A DNA stretch of 32,862 nucleotides from a virus. The notes under the pieces were generated by a model. That model was not told where the DNA came from and searched no databases. It was given only the letters and a program-made list of their open reading frames with translations. The stretch covers positions 1 to 32,862 of IMG/VR virus record IMGVR_UViG_3300045597_000067; one strand, 5' to 3'. A program made the translations under genes and the position numbers. This document shows positions 8,689 through 16,720 of the stretch, piece after piece (position 1 is the first letter of the stretch; each line of letters starts with the position of its first letter).

Positions 8689-10590
8689 TCAAGCGTTGAA
8701 TGGCTTGATAACAACGGCGGACTTCTGCTTGGTCAGAAGGCCTCCCGCGTAAATCTCTTGCAAGTACTCATTCTGATTGGTACGAAGCGCGAAGTTCGTA
8801 TACGCTTCGATGCTGTTGTCGCCGTACACGTCATACGCGCCGGGAACGAATACGATGCCAAGAGCCTTCGCATCATCACGGGCGAACCACCATTCAGGCG
8901 TGATAATTTCATCGACGCGCAGAGCCGTTTCAGTGGAGCTGCCCGGTGCGATGATATAGCGACCGTCCACATCCTTCGATGCTTCGATGTCGCCAAGACG
9001 GTCGGAAGATGTCACCAGCACCTTCTTGCCCTGAGCGCGAATCTTGCGAGACGCGGCCACGACAGCATCGAAGTAGGTGTCGTTCTGCTTCTGAGTCATG
9101 GTCAGCGCGAAGGTGTTGCCCGGGATTACCCGAGCGCCAGCAGTCGCCGCCGTTTCCAGTGAATCGTCGTAGATGGAGCGGAAGTAGTCGAGGTCAGGCC
9201 AGTCATTCGTCGCGGTCGGCGCAACGCTATTGATGATAGCGGCACGCTCGATGGTCTGAATGATACGGTTAGGCAGCTCTTGCAGCACGTACTTGAGCAG
9301 TGCGCCCGGGTCTTGCGTCTTGCGCAGCCAGCCCTTGTCAATCTTCTGATACTTGTAGGTATAGTTCGCGTCACCGGTACGGGTTTGGATAGCGATGTGC
9401 TGCTCTTTCTTCTCGGTACCGTACTCTTCGGGACGGTAGCCGTGTGCGCGACCGTTGTCGTTGTCCAAGCTCACATCGTTCAAACCGAGTTCGGGGGGAA
9501 CGTCAAGGCCGGTATGGTTCAACATAGGCCAAATGCGACCGGGCGCATTGAAAGCATCCTCGACGGCGGTAAGCACGGCCTTCGGAATGAACTTCTTCGC
9601 ATCGTCGCCGTCGATACCGAATGAAGCGGACTTGGCGAGTTCCAACTTCGCCTTCTGCTGCCAGCCTTCATTAACGGTCATCGCATCCTCAGACGGGTGC
9701 TTTTGCAGATACTCGGCGTAGTCCAGTACAGCCTTCTCGGTGTCGAGATAGCTCTTCGGCTGAGACTTCGACAGTGACACTGCGCCACCTGAAACGGCCT
9801 TATTCGAGCTGTTGATAATGACAGTGCGTGCCAATTTGCCGCCCTCTTTCTCTTCCTTTGCTGACTGCTGCGCGCCCTCAGGTGCGCCGTCCGCCTTGTC
9901 TGAATCGTCGCCGCCGTTATCGTCATTGCCCGAATCTTCTGATTCATCGCCAATGGCTTTCACAACGTCATCGAGTGCCGACTGCATCGTTTCGGTAACG
10001 GTGTCGGTCAGGTTCTTCTTCTCTTCGTCCGACAGCTTGAACTCGGACATACGAGATTCAATGGCCGAAGTGTCGAGCGTGGTCTTAATCTGCATTGCAT
10101 TGCCTTTCCGTGAATTGATTGAATGGAAGTGCGCGGCTTGGTCTTGCCCCTTGTAGACCACACTAATCTCGACCAATTCCGCATCGTGAATGGTGTTGTC
10201 TGCGCCGGGTTCGGTAGTGAAGTCCACATGAATGCTGAAACTGTTGGTGAGCACCCCGTCTTTGGCGAGTTGCTGCACTGTCAGTCCGGCTTCTGTGTCC
10301 GATAGCTTGGCCGTCGCTTCCATTCCGCTATCCTCGTGGCTAAGAGCGGTGATGGTACCCGCCTGAGCACTGATACTCGGATAATGGTCAGCCAACAATG
10401 GGACAGCGATTTGGTCGCTTGGTTCGATGTCATTGAGCAGTTTGAGTGAGCCGTCAATAAGCGGCACGCTCAGAGTGTCCAAATCTACAGCGAGGTTAAT
10501 TCCCCGCATCATCTTCCCGGTGTTGGCGAGGAATTTGAGAGTGTGGCCGTCAGAAGCCAGTGGCTTGCCGTCAGCTAGTTCGATTCTCAT
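8689..10590 (-). CDS. Prohead protease - scaffold linker - HK97-fold major capsid protein fusion
   Basis: The N-terminus has an HK97-type protease pattern (PLLADHYPSISAQAGTITALSHEDSGMEATAKL...GVLTNSFSIHVDF). The centre is a charged low-complexity linker (ESEDSGNDDNGGDDSDKADGAPEG...KEEKEGGK). The C-terminal part, about 380 aa, is capsid-sized. I prefer ATG 10590, which is 7 nt after AAGGAA and forms an ATGA overlap with the upstream stop. The track's GTG start at 10596 is possible. Confidence 0.7.
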   Translation of the reverse strand: MRIELADGKPLASDGHTLKFLANTGKMMRGINLAVDLDTLSVPLIDGSLKLLNDIEPSDQIAVPLLADHYPSISAQAGTITALSHEDSGMEATAKLSDTEAGLTVQQLAKDGVLTNSFSIHVDFTTEPGADNTIHDAELVEISVVYKGQDQAAHFHSINSRKGNAMQIKTTLDTSAIESRMSEFKLSDEEKKNLTDTVTETMQSALDDVVKAIGDESEDSGNDDNGGDDSDKADGAPEGAQQSAKEEKEGGKLARTVIINSSNKAVSGGAVSLSKSQPKSYLDTEKAVLDYAEYLQKHPSEDAMTVNEGWQQKAKLELAKSASFGIDGDDAKKFIPKAVLTAVEDAFNAPGRIWPMLNHTGLDVPPELGLNDVSLDNDNGRAHGYRPEEYGTEKKEQHIAIQTRTGDANYTYKYQKIDKGWLRKTQDPGALLKYVLQELPNRIIQTIERAAIINSVAPTATNDWPDLDYFRSIYDDSLETAATAGARVIPGNTFALTMTQKQNDTYFDAVVAASRKIRAQGKKVLVTSSDRLGDIEASKDVDGRYIIAPGSSTETALRVDEIITPEWWFARDDAKALGIVFVPGAYDVYGDNSIEAYTNFALRTNQNEYLQEIYAGGLLTKQKSAVVIKPFNA

Positions 10591-10820
10591 TCGCACGTTC
10601 CTTGCTCTGATTGTTGTGTAGAGCTGTCCTTCACTGATGGGCTTAATGCTCTATTGGTAATGATACTCGATAGCGATGGATATTCGGATAACCTGACAAA
10701 CCTATATCGCTCCAAAGCTCGACAGTTGCCGCATTTGAGCGTGATAGTCATGCTCGACTGCTCGAAGCTACCGAGGAACCGGCCACACTTGCGGCAACGA
10801 ATGTCTATAGGCTCACTCAC
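10587..10820 (-). CDS. Com-like CxxC...CxxC zinc-finger protein
   Basis: A 77-aa ORF containing IDIRCRKCGRFLGSFEQSSMTITLKCGNCRAL. This copies the phage Mu Com pattern (IRCxxCxxxL...I.I.CxxC, about 17-residue spacer). GTG start 8 nt after GAAAGG. It overlaps the portal stop by 8 nt and the capsid start by 4 nt. Confidence 0.6.
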   Translation of the reverse strand: MSEPIDIRCRKCGRFLGSFEQSSMTITLKCGNCRALERYRFVRLSEYPSLSSIITNRALSPSVKDSSTQQSEQGTCE

Positions 10821-12993
10821 TGCGCAAGCCTTTCACTCGGTACACCTGATAGCAGCGGCAATTCGGGTGCCCGTCCGCTTCGGTCTTGCTCATAAAGTCA
10901 TTGCTGTAGGTCACGCCGTTAATGTCAATCGACGCGCCCAACTTCATAAACGTGTCCGACACGTCTACTTCGGTGCCGTCCATGTGGCGGCAAAAGTCGC
11001 AAGCGTCCGAATCGCCAAGCTGCCACACCTTCACCATGTCGAGCTTGAGGTCATCCGCCATATACTGAGCCGAGTTCAAAGAGCCGATACGCTGAGCGTT
11101 AATCAGTTCGTTACCGGCTAGCAGTTGGGCACGCTCACCCGTCGTAAAGTCCAGCAGCGCCTTGCGAAGCTGTGCGGTTGTCCACTCTTCATCTATGCCC
11201 TGCTGGATTATGAGCTGTAGTGCCGTCATGCCGTCATCGAGGGCACGAGACGCGACCTTCTGCAAGCGGGCAGCGTACAAGTCAGCGAACCGCTTAGGCA
11301 GTTCATCCCACTCATAGAGCGCCGCTAGGTCGCTGCTGCTCAAGCCTTGCAGTAGTTTGGCTATGCCCTTGTCCTTCTTGGCAAGCTGCTCCATACTAGC
11401 GACAATGGTTTGCCCGGTCTGCTGCGCGTATGCCAGTATGCGCGGCATGTAGGCGCTAGTGATACCGTCCGACCATTCGGCGCTAATCTCGCCAAGCGTG
11501 CTATGTGCTGCCAGCTCTTTCGTGCCCACATAGTTGACAAGACGCTCAAGCATCCTAGTGGTGACTTTCAGCCCGGCTTTGTAAGCGTCGAGTTCATCCT
11601 TCTTGGCGAAGAAGGCGTGAGAGTGTTTGGCTGCGGTGATAGTTTTCGGCTTCGCTGATATGACATTGGCCGTGCCACGTTTGGCGACAAGCTGCGGTGT
11701 ATCCTCAGACGGTGCCACCGCTCCCGAAGGGGCAGTGAGCTTGAGCGCCTTGAAGCCGTCAGCCATGCCGAGCGCGGCGACTGCGGTAGGCACGTCAGCG
11801 CCATAGTCAATGAGCTTCAAGAGCGTATCGACCTGCATTTGTGTAGTCTCGGCGCGGGTCTTTTCCACGTCGGTCTGAGTAGGCAGTTCAAAATCGAAGG
11901 TAATGCCAAAGTGCAAATCGTTGCATATGCGGTCAAGCTCGAATTGGAATTTGTCCCACACGGTCAGCAGCAAGGGGTTAAGCGTGTTCTCGATGAAGGC
12001 TTTCTCGGCGCGTTCGGCGTTGTCGTAGGTCTGCCCGTTGTCGATACCTCGCATAATGTCAGGCACGGCCATAGCTCCGGCTAGTCGATTGTTGACCATG
12101 CCGTTAACGCCGGTAAGGTCAAGCGTATTGTTCGACTGCTGGAATGGCACATACACGAGTTTCCCGTTCTGTGCCGGTTTTCTCGTGCTCGGGTCTACCG
12201 GTATCCAGTTGTACACAAGGCCGTTGTTGTTGCCAGCGCCCCTAAATGTATCTTCCATGTGGGCACGATTCTTGGCGAAGTCCTCGGGAGTCTCCGACAC
12301 AATGCCCATCATGCCAGCGGGCACAGCACCGTTACCGAAGAATCCGCGCTCATAGTCGGCTATCATGTCATCGACAGAAGCCCACTTCTTGACGGTCATG
12401 GCCGGGCTGATGCCACGGGTTATGTCGTTCGGGTGAGTGGAGTAGCGAAGGCTAATCACTTCGTCACGGGTAAACCTGCGCGTCTCTGCCACGCCGTCCA
12501 CAACCACTACAGCCTGAAACGTGTAATCCGTTTTGTTCGGGTTATACACTCGACTGTCCGAGGGCAAGAACGTGTACCCGGTGATGTTGTCGCCGGTCAC
12601 CTTGCCGCCCGGTTGCGCCGTCTTGCCGTCACGAGTCCATATGAGAATGTCCAAGTGTGACTGAGTGAGCATACTCGACGCGATGAAGCCGAGGAACTCA
12701 CGACACGAGAACATGTCGTTAGGCGCATACAAGGCCATGAGTGGTGCCGGTGTCGGACGAATCTTCTTGCCATCTTCATCGACCGCATAGGGAACGATGG
12801 TGCTGAATCGTTGCGCGATAGCGTTTGAATAGGGGAACACGTTATCGAACGTGTCGCTGTCCGGTATGTCACTCGTGGTCACGCCCTGCCACCCGTAGCC
12901 TGATGGTGTCATCTGTTGGCTAGGCGCTGATGGTCGGTTGCCCGTGGGCTGATTGAAGCTGAAAGCCGCCCGTAGTCCTGTCATGAAGCTCAT
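10813..12993 (-). CDS. Portal protein fused to a MuF / SPP1 gp7-like head morphogenesis domain
   Basis: A 726-aa ORF. The N-terminal part, about 420 aa, is portal-like (ISPAMTVKKWASVDDMIADYERGFFGNGAVPAGMMG). The C-terminal domain ends with the MuF signature (ACDFCRHMDG...EADGHPNCRCYQVY). Confidence 0.85.
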   Translation of the reverse strand: MSFMTGLRAAFSFNQPTGNRPSAPSQQMTPSGYGWQGVTTSDIPDSDTFDNVFPYSNAIAQRFSTIVPYAVDEDGKKIRPTPAPLMALYAPNDMFSCREFLGFIASSMLTQSHLDILIWTRDGKTAQPGGKVTGDNITGYTFLPSDSRVYNPNKTDYTFQAVVVVDGVAETRRFTRDEVISLRYSTHPNDITRGISPAMTVKKWASVDDMIADYERGFFGNGAVPAGMMGIVSETPEDFAKNRAHMEDTFRGAGNNNGLVYNWIPVDPSTRKPAQNGKLVYVPFQQSNNTLDLTGVNGMVNNRLAGAMAVPDIMRGIDNGQTYDNAERAEKAFIENTLNPLLLTVWDKFQFELDRICNDLHFGITFDFELPTQTDVEKTRAETTQMQVDTLLKLIDYGADVPTAVAALGMADGFKALKLTAPSGAVAPSEDTPQLVAKRGTANVISAKPKTITAAKHSHAFFAKKDELDAYKAGLKVTTRMLERLVNYVGTKELAAHSTLGEISAEWSDGITSAYMPRILAYAQQTGQTIVASMEQLAKKDKGIAKLLQGLSSSDLAALYEWDELPKRFADLYAARLQKVASRALDDGMTALQLIIQQGIDEEWTTAQLRKALLDFTTGERAQLLAGNELINAQRIGSLNSAQYMADDLKLDMVKVWQLGDSDACDFCRHMDGTEVDVSDTFMKLGASIDINGVTYSNDFMSKTEADGHPNCRCYQVYRVKGLRSE

Positions 12994-13041
12994 TGTGTTA
13001 TCGCCCTCTCGCGTGGTTACTCTAATGATAATCGTTACCGG

Positions 13042-14337
13042 TCAAATAATGGATACGTCCCAGCTCGGCATCACCGGGGGCAGATAGTAAGCCAAGGTCA
13101 CAGCGTCGGCAAGGTCAGGGCTGCCCGTCATGTTAGCCGCCTTCCATTCCTTCTTAGGTTGCACGGCTCGACGGTTGCGACTATCAATCTTCCACTGCCT
13201 AGTAGTCAGCTCTTGCATAGTGACTTGGAGTTCGTCTATCAGCGGGTTAATGGTCATCGTGTCCAGTTGGTCAGCCAAATCGAACCACAGTTCACTAGCG
13301 ACATTCGGGTATTTATCGGGGCGCTTCGCCGCCGCCGCATACTGTACCGGGTTCACCGGTAGCCCGTAGCTCAGTAACACGTCTGTGAGTCCGCCACCTA
13401 TGCCGGTATCATCCACGTTAATCATCACCGGGTGCATACTATCGGCCATGCCCTTGATTGTCTCGGCGCTCTCGACTAGCGACCGGTGCCGCCAGCTCTG
13501 AATATCCTCAAGATGATGCCCGTGCTTGATTGCTACAGCCGTGCGGTCGTTTCCGTAGCGGGCAACGTCCACGCCGAAGCTCACGCCACCCTCAGTGTCG
13601 GGCTTGCGTTTCCTCGCGTGCTCCAAGGCTTGCCAGCTAATAATCTGATTGACAATCTTCTCGTAGGGTAAGCCTTCCCAAATGTGAGCGAACTCGGGTG
13701 TATCTTTCGCCGCGTCAATCATGCGTTTAATCTCAGGGTTCAACAAGCCAGCATCGTCTAGGTCACGATATGTGGTGTGCCGGTAATAGGTCACCTCGTT
13801 GTCTAGTTCACTGATGTTGGTGTGAAGCCGCTGCTCGATAGGGTCAGCCGGTGTCAGAGGGTTCCATGTCGCGATGATTTGGCTGCCCTGCTCACGAATG
13901 GTGGGAATAAGGATGTCGAGACTGCGTTTGCTCACGGTCTGTGCTTCCTCTACCCAGCAGACGTTAGCGCCCTCGAAGCCCTTGATGGTGCTCTCGGGAT
14001 TGTGGCTCATACCGGAGAAGTTGAATGTCGTGCCATTGATGTTCTTTATCTCGGTTTCGGTCATTGAGTAGCCGGGAAGGTCGTAAGCGTCTATCACCTT
14101 GGCGAGAAGGGCTTTCACTGACTCGTCCAAGCTTTTCTGTATCTCCCTTGTGCATATGTTGCGTGTGGGGAAGAGTGAACCGCGTAGGGCTAGCGAGGTT
14201 GCCACGTCGGTGCTCTTGCCGCTTGCACGGCCACCGGGCAAAGCGAAGTACCGGTAGCGTGGGTGAGCTAGGTCAGCGTCAGTGTCGAGATACCAAAAGA
14301 GCGGCTGATACGCTTCGGGAACTATGAGGTCGGTCAT
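13042..14337 (-). CDS. terL: Terminase large subunit (PBSX/headful-type)
   Basis: Walker A motif in YFALPGGRASGKS, a WVEEAQ Walker B-like motif, and a C-terminal nuclease region. I place the start at ATG 14337 (MTDLIVPEAYQPLF...). The ORF stays open up to GTG 14451, but that 38-codon extension is hydrophobic nonsense and spans two hairpins. Confidence 0.85.
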   Translation of the reverse strand: MTDLIVPEAYQPLFWYLDTDADLAHPRYRYFALPGGRASGKSTDVATSLALRGSLFPTRNICTREIQKSLDESVKALLAKVIDAYDLPGYSMTETEIKNINGTTFNFSGMSHNPESTIKGFEGANVCWVEEAQTVSKRSLDILIPTIREQGSQIIATWNPLTPADPIEQRLHTNISELDNEVTYYRHTTYRDLDDAGLLNPEIKRMIDAAKDTPEFAHIWEGLPYEKIVNQIISWQALEHARKRKPDTEGGVSFGVDVARYGNDRTAVAIKHGHHLEDIQSWRHRSLVESAETIKGMADSMHPVMINVDDTGIGGGLTDVLLSYGLPVNPVQYAAAAKRPDKYPNVASELWFDLADQLDTMTINPLIDELQVTMQELTTRQWKIDSRNRRAVQPKKEWKAANMTGSPDLADAVTLAYYLPPVMPSWDVSII

Positions 14338-14570
14338 ACCTTCGAGTATAGGGAAAGCCCCCAGCGGGAAACATAAAAAGCGCTGAGGGCTACCGGGAAT
14401 GAGGAGCATTCCTACCGTGGTTAATTGACCAGTCTTGTGCGACTCACTCACGGCTTACAGTCGCGGTATTCATCCTATCAGACCGGGATAATGTGAGATG
14501 TACATGCCGATATGGGCGTTTTGATGGTCTAGCCCCGGGGTAAGCCGCACATTCCGCTTGGAAGTGAACA
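14338..14570 (-). other. Structured non-coding spacer between terS and terL (candidate packaging-recognition region)
   Basis: An 11-bp hairpin at 14356-14391 (fully paired with one G.U on the minus-strand RNA). A 6-bp hairpin at 14396-14412. Palindromes atgtacat (14498-14505) and ccccgggg (14533-14540). An 8-bp long-range complement, cggcttac 14451-14458 / gtaagccg 14540-14547. No credible ORF. Confidence 0.4.
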
Positions 14571-14978
14571 TTAATCATGTTCGTTTGGCTTGTTGATACT
14601 CTTCTTACCCACAAACTTGACATTAATCACCGGCGCAGCAGCCTGAGTAATCTGCTGGTCAATCTGCTGACGCGGCTTCCCTTCCAACCTATCCTCGGCT
14701 TCGACACGGCCAGCGAACGTGCCCATAGACATGACACTAGCCAGCGCCGCCTTCTCCGCCTGAGTCAGTAAGCCTTGCTGCCCTTGCTTGATAACGTCAG
14801 CCAGCTCTTCGTCAGTCATACCCACATACTTGCGCCGGTTATAGCCGATACTCGCTTTAGGGTTCCAACGGCCACCACCCTTACCATTCTGCGGGTTATC
14901 ACCAAAGCCGCCCTTACCGGTCGGATTATTGACTTGGCCGGGGAGTATCTGCCCTACCGCGTTGCGTTCCACTGCCAT
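14571..14978 (-). CDS. terS: Putative terminase small subunit
   Basis: A 135-aa ORF upstream of terL. Its Gly/Asn/Lys-rich N-terminus (NNPTGKGGFGDNPQNGKGGGRWNPK) resembles the GNPxGRxxG-type small terminases. ATG follows GGAAGGTG. Confidence 0.55.
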   Translation of the reverse strand: MAVERNAVGQILPGQVNNPTGKGGFGDNPQNGKGGGRWNPKASIGYNRRKYVGMTDEELADVIKQGQQGLLTQAEKAALASVMSMGTFAGRVEAEDRLEGKPRQQIDQQITQAAAPVINVKFVGKKSINKPNEHD

Positions 14979-15049
14979 GATGATTTACACCTTCCTTTGG
15001 CTATCAGTGTTTTGTAGTTTGTTGGTATTGATTCTACTTGGATATGGGA

Positions 15050-15119
15050 ATGCCCCCTGAGTGGTGAGCTTTGGGGGCATGGTGGGCTTATTGGGTGTGG
15101 GTGTGGGTTATTCGGTGGG
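15050..15119. promoter_or_regulatory. Hairpin plus a run of six G-tracts at the early/late boundary upstream of terS
   Basis: Hairpin atgccccc (15050-15057) / gggggcat (15073-15080). G3-5 tracts at 15073-77, 15084-86, 15093-95, 15099-101, 15105-107 and 15117-119, including tandem gggtgt gggtgt gggtta. Confidence 0.35.
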
Positions 15120-15437
15120 TCGCTTTTGGCTAAGGCATTTGGCGTACACTGTCCAGTTCTCTTGAGTGTCGCCTTCGGTTTCAGTGGTTGGCCTGTTGGG
15201 GTTGTTGTATATGGCTGTTTGGAAGTTGTATCCTTCTGTGCCAGCGAGTTTGCTTAGCCTGATGTTGGCTGCTCGGGCTACTGCCTTGCGTCTGGTGTCA
15301 ATTCCTTCGTACACGGCTATCCATTCACCGGGGTGTGATTTGAGTGCGGTTGCCTTGTCCTCGAAGGTGTGCATCCGGTTTGTTGGGTCTACTTCTGCAT
15401 CTGCGGGAAGTTCAACCGGGTTAAGTGTGATTGCCAT
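15108..15437 (-). CDS. Hypothetical protein
   Basis: A 109-aa ORF, the last gene of the left early block. Confidence 0.6.
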   Translation of the reverse strand: MAITLNPVELPADAEVDPTNRMHTFEDKATALKSHPGEWIAVYEGIDTRRKAVARAANIRLSKLAGTEGYNFQTAIYNNPNRPTTETEGDTQENWTVYAKCLSQKRPTE

Positions 15438-15478
15438 GATGGTTAGTCCTTGATTGTGCGGGTTTCGATTTGCATTGC

Positions 15479-15664
15479 TTAGGTGAGTGGGTTTGTGTGT
15501 TTGCGAAGGTATCGGGTGACTTTGCGATATACGCCGTCACGAGTTCTTGCTGATAGGGTTGTGGCGGTTACCCAAGTGTCGTGTCTCATGACGTAGACTG
15601 TCGCTTCCCAAGCGTGTGGAGCGGTTTGCATGATGATTGCCTTGTTCTCTTCGATTGCGCTCAC
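15479..15664 (-). CDS. Hypothetical protein
   Basis: A 61-aa ORF whose GTG start forms a GTGA overlap with the stop of the upstream small gene. Confidence 0.5.
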   Translation of the reverse strand: MSAIEENKAIIMQTAPHAWEATVYVMRHDTWVTATTLSARTRDGVYRKVTRYLRKHTNPLT

Positions 15665-15837
15665 GATGCTAGGTATCCTATTCCGAATTTGATTAGCGCG
15701 GCCATGCCGATAATGACCACTGCGGCCACGGCCAGTATGAGGATGCCGCCGAGTACATAGCCGATAGCCTTGCCGATACGGTAGCCGATTGAGCGTTTAG
15801 GCTCGGGTGCTTTGAAGTTAAATTCAGGGTTTTGCAT
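15661..15837 (-). CDS. Small membrane protein (58 aa, below the ORF-track cutoff)
   Basis: My translation from ATG 15837 is MQNPEFNFKAPEPKRSIGYRIGKAIGYVLGGILILAVAAVVIIGMAALIKFGIGYLAS, then TGA at 15661-15663. It has one clear TM helix. It fills the gap between neighbouring genes, ending in a GTGA overlap with the downstream gene's start. Confidence 0.55.
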   Translation of the reverse strand: MQNPEFNFKAPEPKRSIGYRIGKAIGYVLGGILILAVAAVVIIGMAALIKFGIGYLAS

Positions 15838-15838
15838 G

Positions 15839-16216
15839 TTACTCGCCTTTCATAATTTGCAGTATTGGGTCGGTTGTGGGTGCAACGGTTTTCTTGTCGA
15901 ATTTCTCCACTTGGAAGATGTATGCAGTTTCCATCGTGACATATGCGCCGGGGAAGAATCGGGCGTACTGTTCCTCTGTGATGCCCGCTATCTGTTGTAC
16001 TAATGCCGGGGCAACGTCCTTCAATCTCAGCGGCCAAGTGGCTACTCGCCTATAGCCGAAGCATGTAAGCGTCTCGGGATGCACGAAGCGAATGTAATCG
16101 CCGCGTTGGAAGTTATCAGGCACTTCACTTCGTATCTCGAACTTCTTATCACCTGACTCTATGAGCGGCCAAAGCTCAGGGTCTAACTTCATCGTGTGGA
16201 TAACTGTGCTCTTCAT
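15839..16216 (-). CDS. ASCH / DUF3850-like protein
   Basis: A 125-aa ORF. HTMKLDPELWPLIESGDKKFEIRSEVPDNFQRGDYIRF matches the DUF3850 opening pattern (K.wPeyF..v.sG.KtFEiR.nDR.fqvGD). Confidence 0.55.
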   Translation of the reverse strand: MKSTVIHTMKLDPELWPLIESGDKKFEIRSEVPDNFQRGDYIRFVHPETLTCFGYRRVATWPLRLKDVAPALVQQIAGITEEQYARFFPGAYVTMETAYIFQVEKFDKKTVAPTTDPILQIMKGE

Positions 16217-16240
16217 GTTTTTACTGCCTTTCGATTTGAT

Positions 16241-16720
16241 TCAGTCTTGGGGAATTGGTAGCGGGAAGATGGTGATATATGCTCCCACTTCGTCCGAGTC
16301 GGACACGTAATGCTTCGACGCTTCGACATTGACGATAAGTGAATCGTCGGCAATGATGCCGCTATCCGTCAGACCATCGAAGGTGCTGCGCTGCAATTTG
16401 TCAAGGTCAGGCTTGACGGTCGGATAGTAGCGCTTCTTTTTGCTGACGCTCTTTGGCCTGAGAATAAAGAACTGCACTCGCACGCCAAGCGGCATATTCT
16501 CAAACCTCGGGATAGGGTCAGGCAGATTCTTGACTGCCAACTCTACCGAGTCACGCCACGGGCGCTCAGCCTTAGACATAGGCACTAGCCGAGTAATCCG
16601 CTTACCTGACACCCGGCTTCTACCATTCACCGGCTTATATGAGCCTTTCGGCGCGGGCGTGCCTTTGACATGGATAAATACCACAGTGTCAGACGTGTGG
16701 AATACCTCAGTTTCAGGCAT
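16241..16720 (-). CDS. rusA: RusA-family Holliday junction resolvase
   Basis: A 159-aa ORF with PAPKGS...KPDLDKLQRSTFDGLTDSGIIADDSLIV, the RusA catalytic-region pattern. Confidence 0.75.
   Translation of the reverse strand: MPETEVFHTSDTVVFIHVKGTPAPKGSYKPVNGRSRVSGKRITRLVPMSKAERPWRDSVELAVKNLPDPIPRFENMPLGVRVQFFILRPKSVSKKKRYYPTVKPDLDKLQRSTFDGLTDSGIIADDSLIVNVEASKHYVSDSDEVGAYITIFPLPIPQD

Noticed and set aside
14338-14451. An N-terminal 38-codon extension of terL from GTG 14451
   Set aside because: The extension peptide (MSESHKTGQLTTVGMLLIPGSPQRFLCFPLGAFPILEG) looks non-protein-like and covers two stable hairpins. The ATG at 14337 gives the usual distance to the Walker A motif. The longer start cannot be fully excluded without proteomics.
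14451-14547. A tRNA-like fold suggested by an 8-bp terminal complement (cggcttac / gtaagccg) enclosing about 80 nt
   Set aside because: No T-loop consensus (GTTCRANNC), no D-arm and no plausible anticodon stem could be placed on either strand. The length and internal pairing do not fit a cloverleaf.
15693-16037. A 114-aa minus-strand ORF overlapping the ASCH-like gene
   Set aside because: It is mostly out of frame within 15839..16216. The 3' part of this interval is better explained by the 58-aa membrane-protein ORF (15661..15837), which couples cleanly to both neighbours.
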